A stretch of DNA of 27,310 nt from IMG/VR virus record IMGVR_UViG_2778261168_000001; one strand, written 5' to 3'. The translations under genes were made by a program, and so were the position numbers. The notes beneath the pieces are model-generated. The model did not search any database. It saw nothing but the letters and a program-made list of their open reading frames with translations, and was not told where the DNA came from. How positions within the stretch are numbered: position 1 is the first letter of the stretch; each line of letters starts with the position of its first letter. This document shows positions 1 through 6,902 of the stretch, piece after piece. The stretch comes from a virus (taxonomy: Duplodnaviria; Heunggongvirae; Uroviricota; Caudoviricetes).

Positions 1-457
1 TCTGCTGAACATTATCTGCCAGCGTTTCAACCTGCTCTTTTATCAGAGCTGCCGCTTCAGCATGTTGCCCTGCCTGTTGCTCGCTTTTCGCTGCGGCCTC
101 GGCGCTCTGTTGTGCCTGCGCCACCAGTTCTTCGAACCGCTTAACAACATCCGGTTTCAGGTCGCCTTCATCGAGAGCGGTCAGGAAGTCGTTCAGCGTG
201 CCGGGCTTTGAATCATCGTATACAGCAATATCTCCAACACAATATTCATAATCATCTTTAATCCATTGCCTGAGATAAACACAGTATTTCCCGAGCTGTG
301 CCTCGAACGAATATTCCCCATTATTTCCGGTCACCACGTCGGCAACTGTGCGCATCACCACCTCTGAGGTGTTTACCCGGGATTTCAAAATTATGTGGCA
401 TCCGGACATGGGGATACCTGCGCCATCAATCAGCGCACCTGATATCACTACAGACAT
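1..457 (-). CDS. Side tail fibre protein, N-terminal part (lambda Stf-like); partial, continues beyond window start
   Basis: ATG at 457..455. My translation begins MSVVISGALIDGAGIPMSGCHIILKSRVNTSEVV...YDDSKPGTLNDFL, which parallels the lambda Stf N-terminus as I recall it (MAVKISGVLKDGTGKPVQNCTIQLKARRNSTTVV...YEDSQPGTLNDFL). Frame stays open to position 1. Confidence 0.6.
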   Translation of the reverse strand, partial: MSVVISGALIDGAGIPMSGCHIILKSRVNTSEVVMRTVADVVTGNNGEYSFEAQLGKYCVYLRQWIKDDYEYCVGDIAVYDDSKPGTLNDFLTALDEGDLKPDVVKRFEELVAQAQQSAEAAAKSEQQAGQHAEAAALIKEQVETLADNVQQ

Positions 458-480
458 AGTTTTTCTCGCGATAAATTAAA

Positions 481-1011
481 TCAGGAAGAGGCTTCCGGAG
501 AGACAGGCCATTCAATGGCGTTATATGAGGTTTTATCAGTGACGGTGCTGAAATCCATTGCCTGCAGCGATTTCGCGTAAATGCGCCAGGCTGCCAGCTT
601 TTCTATTTCTTTATCACTGATGATTCCCAGAAGTAAATCCGTCTTCTTATCGGATATTTCCCGTTCGGCAGTCGCAGTGAGACGTGCTCGTTCCGACTCA
701 GCCAGCAGTCTGTAATCAACAGGGACTGGCAGTACTTCACCGTCTTTATAATACCAGCGGGCTTCAATACAAAAGCCTTCCGGTAGTTCATCCACTTCCA
801 CAATGGTAAAACCAACGGGATAAAGGCGGGATACATCTTCCGCCATGGAATAAATAACGCCGGTTTCAGGATGTGTGCACAGCTTGTATTTCTTCGTGAA
901 TTTATCCAGTGATTCATAAAAATCCTGGCCGTCTTCACTACGGAAATACTGAATGCCTTCACCATAAGGCATATCTTCAGGGTAGTAACGCGTAACGTTT
1001 ACGAGTTCCAT
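481..1011 (-). CDS. Tail fibre assembly protein (Tfa-like chaperone)
   Basis: 176 aa; ATG at 1011 with AAGGA RBS. C-terminal segment (...EIEKLAAWRIYAKSLQAMDFSTVTDKTSYNAIEWPVSPE) resembles the lambda Tfa C-terminus as recalled (...[27 protein letters not shown]). Lies directly downstream of a fibre gene. Confidence 0.75.
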   Translation of the reverse strand: MELVNVTRYYPEDMPYGEGIQYFRSEDGQDFYESLDKFTKKYKLCTHPETGVIYSMAEDVSRLYPVGFTIVEVDELPEGFCIEARWYYKDGEVLPVPVDYRLLAESERARLTATAEREISDKKTDLLLGIISDKEIEKLAAWRIYAKSLQAMDFSTVTDKTSYNAIEWPVSPEASS

Positions 1012-1024
1012 TATTTTTCCTTAA

Positions 1025-2407
1025 TTAACCTGATACTGAGCGCCATGCGCCATTTATATAAATCTGAGCCTGTTTGTAATACACTCCACCGATATTGTCC
1101 GCAGAGTTACTACCGGTCTCCTGCACATTAATCCCAGAAAGAGTGCAACCTGACGGCGCCCGAAAAACCCAGGAAACCTGATTACCGGCTGGTTTGTGAA
1201 ACACCTCACTGGTGTACTGAAAATTCTGCACGCCGCCTGTTTTGGTCTGGTAGCGTTCATCGAAATTGCCATAATCAGTTGGTGTTACCCGCCCTGAAAC
1301 ATCCACTGCACGGTTACTTTGTAACGCGCCATTCTGAAAACGGAATACGTGCTGTCCATTCGCATAAACATCCAGAATGCCGTCACCATTCTGTTTAAAG
1401 CCTGTATCGTTATCCCCGATCGCTATTGAGTTTCCACCCAGCGTGTTCTGAACGCCGATACCAAGTGCACCATTGACCTGAGAACCGCCACCAACAGACA
1501 CTTTATGCGACATGGATATTTCACCCGTCCGCAGATTAATAGTGAACGGGCGAAGTGGACCAATATCGCCATTTTCACCCTGGTTTTCCTGTGTTGGAAT
1601 AAGGTGCAGGCACTCTTCCGAACGACGAAAAATCAGGCCAAAGGCTTCGTTGAAAATCCTCAGCGCATTAACACCACGGATTTTCAGTTCCCCGGTCATC
1701 AAATCACCAGATTTTTTTACATATCGCAGATCAAAATCTGAATAGATATTGCCGGGGTTTATCACGCTGAAATAGCTTTTCTCGCTATCAAGAATGCAAA
1801 TCAAAGGAATACCCTTAATGATATCATTCGCTACCAGCTCGGACTTGTTCCCCTTATAAAGTGGGAACGTACCAAGAACCTTTCCGCCTAGTGTTAGTTG
1901 AAGTGTCGCCGCGTTGGTATTGTTTTGAACGGGGAAAACGATAATCGGGGTTCGTAGCGTCCAATCTGTACCCTCATTAACAAAAAACGTCGAGGGAAGT
2001 TCCAGCGTCAGTGTGTTTGCAGTGCCACCAGAAACACCCGCAATATAATGACCGCTCTGAAGCTGCGCTATCTGTACGAAATAATTTTCCGAACCACGCG
2101 TGGCAAAGTTAGCCACAACGTCATTAAGGGACCAACCTTTCGCGGTTGTTCCTTCCTGCCCACGAATGACTTTCAACACATCACCGCTTACCGATACCAA
2201 GTGACAAATCTCAAATGCAGACTCTTTATTATCGGTAAGCGTAATTTTTGCATAGACGCGTTGCCCGTTCGATTTATTTTCAAAATCGGCAGAAAGCAAT
2301 TTTGCAAATTTAGCCCCTGTACCGGGCATTACCGGAATATCAGTCTGAATCGTGGTGATATCACCAGCCAGTGCTGAAACAACGTTATTGCCGAACCCAA
2401 GAATCAT
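1025..2407 (-). CDS. Tail fibre protein
   Basis: 460 aa. ATG at 2407 overlaps the upstream stop (ATGA). Assigned by position between the gpI-like gene and Tfa, and by Gly/Ser/Thr/Asn-rich composition; family not independently verified. Confidence 0.55.
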   Translation of the reverse strand: MILGFGNNVVSALAGDITTIQTDIPVMPGTGAKFAKLLSADFENKSNGQRVYAKITLTDNKESAFEICHLVSVSGDVLKVIRGQEGTTAKGWSLNDVVANFATRGSENYFVQIAQLQSGHYIAGVSGGTANTLTLELPSTFFVNEGTDWTLRTPIIVFPVQNNTNAATLQLTLGGKVLGTFPLYKGNKSELVANDIIKGIPLICILDSEKSYFSVINPGNIYSDFDLRYVKKSGDLMTGELKIRGVNALRIFNEAFGLIFRRSEECLHLIPTQENQGENGDIGPLRPFTINLRTGEISMSHKVSVGGGSQVNGALGIGVQNTLGGNSIAIGDNDTGFKQNGDGILDVYANGQHVFRFQNGALQSNRAVDVSGRVTPTDYGNFDERYQTKTGGVQNFQYTSEVFHKPAGNQVSWVFRAPSGCTLSGINVQETGSNSADNIGGVYYKQAQIYINGAWRSVSG

Positions 2408-3030
2408 TTTTGAATCACCGTTGTTGCATAAGAATAAATAAAAGGGAGTTTTACATATTTCTGGTCAATGGCATCTTTCAGAAAATAGCCTATACCATCA
2501 CCATATTCTGGTATATGAATAGAAAAAACACTGTCCGATACAGTCACGCTCACATCAAAAGTGTGCTGCAACGGCGGGTCTATTCCGTTTTTTCCATGAA
2601 TGAACCGCGCCACACGGCGCTTTAACCAGTCAATGCAGAAATGCGAACCGTCAGCCTTATAAAAATTCCACGTTAATATTCGTTTGAAATAATCATCAGG
2701 GACATACGATGCCTGCCCCGGAACGTAATTCCGCATTGCTGCGTACGGGATCGTATTGTATTCAATGGTATCGTATGCACCGCGCGCAATAGCCTCCTCT
2801 GAAACCTGTAGTAAAGGTCTTTCAACACCGTAAATACCAAGTGCTATCCAGTCCAGCAACTGCCCGGTTATTGATTCCGATGTCCAGCATGGCAATGCCA
2901 GATTGTTGAGCGAATCGAGGTATTCCTGAGCAATTTCATTGTATGCTTCAAAGAACGCAACAACATTCGGATCATCTCTATACTGCACAAACGGATAAGC
3001 AGGAAGTATTTTCTCAGTCAGATATTGCAT
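2404..3030 (-). CDS. Baseplate/tail protein, P2 gpI / Mu gp48 / YmfQ-like by position
   Basis: Track ORF 2404..3138 begins with TTG. First plausible ATG is at 3030 (MQYLTEKILPAYPF...), overlapping the J-like gene end by 17 nt; an ATG at 3087 is an alternative. Position between J-like and fibre matches P2/Mu/e14 order. Confidence 0.5.
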   Translation of the reverse strand: MQYLTEKILPAYPFVQYRDDPNVVAFFEAYNEIAQEYLDSLNNLALPCWTSESITGQLLDWIALGIYGVERPLLQVSEEAIARGAYDTIEYNTIPYAAMRNYVPGQASYVPDDYFKRILTWNFYKADGSHFCIDWLKRRVARFIHGKNGIDPPLQHTFDVSVTVSDSVFSIHIPEYGDGIGYFLKDAIDQKYVKLPFIYSYATTVIQK

Positions 3031-4240
3031 ACTTATTGACCTGAACCTGTGATGCCACCGTCGAAAAATAGGAATAGGTATCGCCATAAACCAGGCTTGT
3101 GTCTTTTGCCGGAAGAACAATATGGCCGTTAATACCAATGCTCACACTGATTGTTGAGATCAACGTCGCATCAACCAGCAATTTTACGGAGCTGGTAAAA
3201 ATATCCTGGATTCGCAGCAGATTTATCGGGTGACCGACTTCAATAGAATTGATGTAATCAGCAACGTTTTGCTGCACAGCCATAGCAATACCCGCCGGAT
3301 CAACATAATCATCAGACACCGTGTTCCAGGTGATTAGCACCATGACGTTTTGTGATGACGGGATAACGAACGGCACCTGATAAACGTCCGGCGAAACGGT
3401 TATTGAAACCGTGCGTTTTTCCACTGCCGCACCGGATGGATTGCTTACATCGTTGGTCAGTTTCGAAATATCCGGTACAGATTTGTAAATCGCATAAGCC
3501 ACATCATACGGATCACCGCCACCAACAACCGCAACCCATTTCCCCAGCGACGACTGCCGGAAAGAAATCAGGTTTTCTCGCACACCGCTTACTGATTTGA
3601 GCATAGCTTTAAAGCAATCCGGTGTTCCCTGCACACCAAACATGCCGGACTCCATGACTTCGGCGCGGTAAGATGCCCACGTTTGCGCCTCCTGACCGGG
3701 CATTCCTGCGGTAAGGTTGGTGCATTTTACAGGCTGGTCTTTGGGTACTGAGGTAATGACCTGCGTCACGGTCCCTTCCGGTACAGCCCATGAGCCTGAC
3801 GTTGTGGCCACACAGTAGACTGGCTCAGTCTGCCCGTTTTCCGGTACCACGGTATCGCGGGAAACCGCATACTGGTAGTTGCCGTCACCGACAACAAATC
3901 CTTTAGGGATACCAAACCCCGGCAACGCCTCAAACACCACGTATACCGCCGTATTTGTACTTAATCCCTTCTGTGCTCCATATATGTTTCCGAGTTGCAT
4001 CAGTAACGGAATATTCGCGCCGTATGGGCTTACGGAGTTAATAAGGTCCACCCGCGCCTGGTCTATTAATGCCAGCGCCCCGACAGCCGTGCTGGCAAGG
4101 TCTGTAATAAGCCCCGCCGGAAGGTTGGCTGTATATCCAGGTACTTTTTCAGCAACTCTGGTGATAAGATTCGCGAGCAAATCATTGGGTGGCGTAGGCT
4201 GCGCACCCGCACTGGTCATAGTAATTGGTATTTCTGACAT
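3014..4240 (-). CDS. Baseplate J-like protein (P2 gpJ / Mu gp47 family)
   Basis: 408 aa; ATG at 4240 with GGAG RBS 5 nt upstream. Size and position upstream of the gpI-like and fibre genes. Confidence 0.65.
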   Translation of the reverse strand: MSEIPITMTSAGAQPTPPNDLLANLITRVAEKVPGYTANLPAGLITDLASTAVGALALIDQARVDLINSVSPYGANIPLLMQLGNIYGAQKGLSTNTAVYVVFEALPGFGIPKGFVVGDGNYQYAVSRDTVVPENGQTEPVYCVATTSGSWAVPEGTVTQVITSVPKDQPVKCTNLTAGMPGQEAQTWASYRAEVMESGMFGVQGTPDCFKAMLKSVSGVRENLISFRQSSLGKWVAVVGGGDPYDVAYAIYKSVPDISKLTNDVSNPSGAAVEKRTVSITVSPDVYQVPFVIPSSQNVMVLITWNTVSDDYVDPAGIAMAVQQNVADYINSIEVGHPINLLRIQDIFTSSVKLLVDATLISTISVSIGINGHIVLPAKDTSLVYGDTYSYFSTVASQVQVNKYAISD

Positions 4241-4251
4241 ATTTACTCCAT

Positions 4252-4278
4252 AAAAAAACCCGCTTTCGCGGGTTTTTT
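4252..4278. terminator. Bidirectional rho-independent terminator (A7-CCCGC-tttc-GCGGG-T6)
   Basis: Plus 4252..4278 reads aaaaaaacccgctttcgcgggtttttt: perfect 5-bp GC stem extendable by A:T pairs, 4-nt loop, A-run on one side and T-run on the other. Sits 0 nt after the moron stop (4281..4283) and about 10 nt before the J-like RBS. Confidence 0.65.
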
Positions 4279-4280
4279 AC

Positions 4281-5441
4281 TTATTCAACCTCTTCTAAAC
4301 TGCTCACTCTGGACCCTCGGCGGAAATTATCATCATTTTTAACATACTCGTATGAATCCAGAATCAAACCAGATATGCGAAGTATATCTTCCGGATTAGT
4401 TATATGTATCCTTTTACCATCCGTATCAAGTCGAGCTCGTCTTATTTCATTCAACTGAACTTCACTAAGCGAAATAGGTAAAGTTATAAATGAAGATTTT
4501 TTATCATAAAATCTTAACAGCCATCTATTAGTTTTACCATTCAATAGTACACCGAAATATGACTCAGTATCTTTATATTCTATATTATCTTCTGTTTGTA
4601 TGATTTGTTTTACCCTTTCAAATAGCTCCAATTCTTTGGCTGTGGTTATTATGTTGGGGTTTTCTTCATCAACAATGGCGTTATTAACTTGTGTATCCGT
4701 TGCATCATTTTCTTTAGTTTGCTCTACCGGTTGTGTAGATAGCCCGGAAACCACCATTGCGCTAACAGCGCGCTCAACGGCCTGTTTAACTAATGGAGTC
4801 ACGAACTCAAGAAATCTCTGATTAAGTTGTCTCTCAATATTTGAACGACTAGCAACATATCGAACAAACTCCAGATCAACTTCACGAAGACTAGAACTGA
4901 TTGTTTTAGTAAATGAATTCAAATAAACACTTTCTTCAGCCAGTGTCCGTAAAGCCTCTGGTTTGAATTTATCATAACGAAAACGAAATAATTGTGTAAT
5001 ATCGGAGTGAGTTAGAGAATCCATTCTTAATTTTAAAAACGGCGTTGAATCCATTATGTTTTTTTGTTTCAAATCCGTAAAAAAACGCCATTCAACACCA
5101 TTTGTAATGGCTGATATAGTAACTTCCGGTGTTGAATTAAAATATCTTGATAGCTGTGGGCAGTGATTATCAATTTGTTCTGAAAACGATTTCGCCTCAA
5201 TGAACATCACAGGAACATCATGACAAAATAAAGCGTAATCAACCCGTTCATTAGCCTTAACCCCGGGGAAGTCAGCACTATACTCAGCTTTGACTTTTCT
5301 TGGATCATACGGAGTAAAACCAAGAATATCTAGTAATGGCATAATGAGTGCTTGTTTTGTCGTTTCTTCAGTTGTACAAAACACCCCCATTTTTGCAACA
5401 TGCTCTGTGTGTATTTTTAACTTATTTGCAAAATTTTCCAT
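4281..5441 (-). CDS. Moron-encoded protein with N-terminal HsdR-N-like PD-(D/E)xK nuclease domain and a C-terminal domain of unknown function; candidate phage-exclusion protein
   Basis: Track ORF 4281..5456 (391 aa). ATG at 5441 (MENFANKL...) has a GGAGGAG RBS; the ATG at 5456 has none. N-terminus shows TEETTKQALIMPLLDILGF...ERVDYALF...PVMFIEAKSF...ITNGVEWRFF, the motif set of the type I restriction R-subunit N-terminal nuclease domain (compare EcoKI HsdR ...ADYVLF...VVEAK as recalled). Gene is conspicuously AT-rich by eye relative to flanking tail genes. Confidence 0.55.
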   Translation of the reverse strand: MENFANKLKIHTEHVAKMGVFCTTEETTKQALIMPLLDILGFTPYDPRKVKAEYSADFPGVKANERVDYALFCHDVPVMFIEAKSFSEQIDNHCPQLSRYFNSTPEVTISAITNGVEWRFFTDLKQKNIMDSTPFLKLRMDSLTHSDITQLFRFRYDKFKPEALRTLAEESVYLNSFTKTISSSLREVDLEFVRYVASRSNIERQLNQRFLEFVTPLVKQAVERAVSAMVVSGLSTQPVEQTKENDATDTQVNNAIVDEENPNIITTAKELELFERVKQIIQTEDNIEYKDTESYFGVLLNGKTNRWLLRFYDKKSSFITLPISLSEVQLNEIRRARLDTDGKRIHITNPEDILRISGLILDSYEYVKNDDNFRRGSRVSSLEEVE

Positions 5442-5469
5442 GCTTGTCTCCTCCATGGTTACAATCTGT

Positions 5470-5499
5470 ATTTTGCAAATCCGAAATAATATATGTCAA
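5470..5499 (-). promoter_or_regulatory. Candidate sigma70 promoter for the moron gene
   Basis: Minus strand has a perfect -35 TTGACA (5499..5494), an 18-nt spacer, then CAAAAT (5475..5470, 4/6 to TATAAT), about 15 to 30 nt upstream of the candidate starts. A 17-bp AT-rich perfect palindrome lies upstream at 5569..5585. Confidence 0.3.
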
Positions 5500-5590
5500 T
5501 ATGCTCCAGCTTAGAAAATTACTCGCCCCCCTAAAATATCTCTCTACAGCACTCCAAACCAAGGTAAAAGTTTTATCATAAAACTGTGAT

Positions 5591-5938
5591 TCATACCGGC
5601 ACCTGCGTCCGGTAACTGGTCCCATTAAAAAACACAACATCGATGTTATAGGTGGGGTTATCTGCTCCATCTACCTTTGAAATTGCCAATGATGCAAAAT
5701 AGCCGGCAAACTGTTGCTGAACCATGTTCACATAGTAGTCCGGGTAAATCTGCTGCACGATGCACTGCTGCGCAGGAATACCGTAATTCGCGTAAAACGG
5801 CGACTCCCCCAATCCCAGCTTTAACGTCTGAATGAGCGTCGTCAGCCAGCCGTAGGAGAAATCACCGTTGGCGTCAGATTCTACTGCAACCCATTTTTTG
5901 TTGCCGTTCGCGTCGGTGACGCGGCCCCATGTTCTCAT
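5591..5938 (-). CDS. Small baseplate protein, gp25/W-like by position and size (Mu gp46 slot)
   Basis: Track ORF 5591..5971 begins with TTG. ATG at 5938 (MRTWGRV...) has a GGTGAGGG RBS and sits 8 nt after the small upstream ORF stop. 115 aa between spike and J-like genes; family not verified from sequence. Confidence 0.35.
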   Translation of the reverse strand: MRTWGRVTDANGNKKWVAVESDANGDFSYGWLTTLIQTLKLGLGESPFYANYGIPAQQCIVQQIYPDYYVNMVQQQFAGYFASLAISKVDGADNPTYNIDVVFFNGTSYRTQVPV

Positions 5939-5945
5939 CGTGCCC

Positions 5946-6083
5946 TCACCACCATCGGATCTGGCCAACAAAATAACCAGACGCCAGAATCAGAAAGACC
6001 AACCAAATAAGCAAAAACTTCCAGGTGGATAATTTTTCAGCCATAACTCGAATCTCCCGAATCAGTTTGCTAAAATCAAACAC
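5946..6083 (-). CDS. Small hydrophobic single-pass membrane protein (45 aa from GTG, or 32 aa from the internal ATG at 6044)
   Basis: Not in the ORF track (below length cut-off). Minus strand reads AAGGAGAAGTC-GTG...: MFDFSKLIREIRVMAEKLSTWKFLLIWLVFLILASGYFVGQIRWW-stop. Strong SD, hydrophobic core, translationally coupled to the next gene. Confidence 0.35.
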   Translation of the reverse strand: MFDFSKLIREIRVMAEKLSTWKFLLIWLVFLILASGYFVGQIRWW

Positions 6084-6112
6084 GACTTCTCCTTGCCTTA
6101 TTCAAGGTCAGA

Positions 6113-6147
6113 AACAAAAAGCCCCGACTGCTGCAACAGTTCGGGGC
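6113..6147 (-). terminator. Rho-independent terminator on the minus strand, downstream of the spike gene
   Basis: Minus strand reads GCCCCGAACTGTTGCAGCAGTCGGGGC followed by TTTTTGTTTC: about 10-bp GC-rich stem with one bulge, then a T5 run. Confidence 0.5.
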
Positions 6148-6188
6148 TTTCGCTTTATGGATAGAATTTAAAGTGAAATAAACTGGTA

Positions 6189-6902
6189 TTAACCCGGATT
6201 TGGTTGCTTCGACGTGATCGTGCTGCCGCCGCTTTGAACGCCAGTCACATCGTGGCTGTGGCCGCTGGCGCTCACGCCGTTGATAATTGCATCCTTCTCG
6301 ACCTTAAGAGGACCAATCAGCGAAGCGGTTGTATCCTTCATCTGTGCTTCGTCTTGGACGATTGGACCGTTCAGGTGAATTTTCCCGTTCAGGAAAATAT
6401 CTTCAGCCTCGAGGTAAACAGCTTTCGACTTTTGCCTGATTTCTTCCGGAGCCACCGTTACCGAGCTACTGCCGTCCTCTGTTTTGAGGATCGCGCCATC
6501 CGGACCGTACAAAACGATTTTTTGCGGATCTTCGTCGGACCAGTCCTTGTTTGCCAGTGGCACGAAAAACAGTGGAGTGAGCGACATCGAGTAAGAGAGC
6601 GTCGCCATACCGGTTCCCAATCCGGACACTCCGCGCAGTGATACATCAGCGGCAATTGTTACTCCTCGATCGCCCGGCTGTATCGGGTAACGAATATACG
6701 GGAATGTGGCGACAGGGATTGTTATCTGCGGAAAGTTGATCCCCTCCGGCAGCATATCAAACTGAACTGTCACTATCTGCCCGCTGACATCGACAACATG
6801 GCAGGGCAATTCACGGCCTTTAAGCTCGGCTTGCTGGTTACCAGAACTGGTCATCATCTCTGACAGCGTTCGGAGAAACGGTATTTTTTGAGCGTTTGAC
6901 AT
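6189..6902 (-). CDS. Baseplate central spike protein (P2 gpV / Mu gp45-like)
   Basis: 237 aa; ATG at 6902 overlaps the upstream stop (TAATG). C-terminal Gly/Ser-rich tip contains an HSH motif (..SGHSHDVTGVQSGG..), as in iron-binding spike apex domains. Position after the hub-like gene. Confidence 0.5.
   Translation of the reverse strand: MSNAQKIPFLRTLSEMMTSSGNQQAELKGRELPCHVVDVSGQIVTVQFDMLPEGINFPQITIPVATFPYIRYPIQPGDRGVTIAADVSLRGVSGLGTGMATLSYSMSLTPLFFVPLANKDWSDEDPQKIVLYGPDGAILKTEDGSSSVTVAPEEIRQKSKAVYLEAEDIFLNGKIHLNGPIVQDEAQMKDTTASLIGPLKVEKDAIINGVSASGHSHDVTGVQSGGSTITSKQPNPG

Noticed and set aside
603-965. Minus-strand 120-aa ORF nested in another frame inside the Tfa gene, and similar nested minus-strand ORFs (1054..1272, 13676..13915, 22472..22792, 24081..24374, 26025..26240)
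   Set aside because: Out-of-frame ORFs embedded within better-supported genes; Lys/Arg/Cys-rich, low-complexity translations typical of wrong-frame reading.
3030-3138. Longer 244-aa version of the gpI-like gene starting at 3138
   Set aside because: Codon at 3138 is TTG (track reports alternative starts as M) and the extension lies deep inside the J-like coding region; the ATG at 3030 gives the usual short overlap. The ATG at 3087 is not excluded.
4281-5456. Moron protein as a transposase, integrase or IS element
   Set aside because: No DDE or tyrosine/serine recombinase motifs recognised, no flanking inverted repeats or target-site duplication seen; the conserved motifs fit a PD-(D/E)xK restriction-like nuclease domain instead.
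4281-5456. Moron protein as the R subunit of a type I restriction-modification system
   Set aside because: Only the N-terminal nuclease-type domain is present; there is no SF2 helicase/ATPase region and no adjacent methyltransferase or specificity genes in the window.
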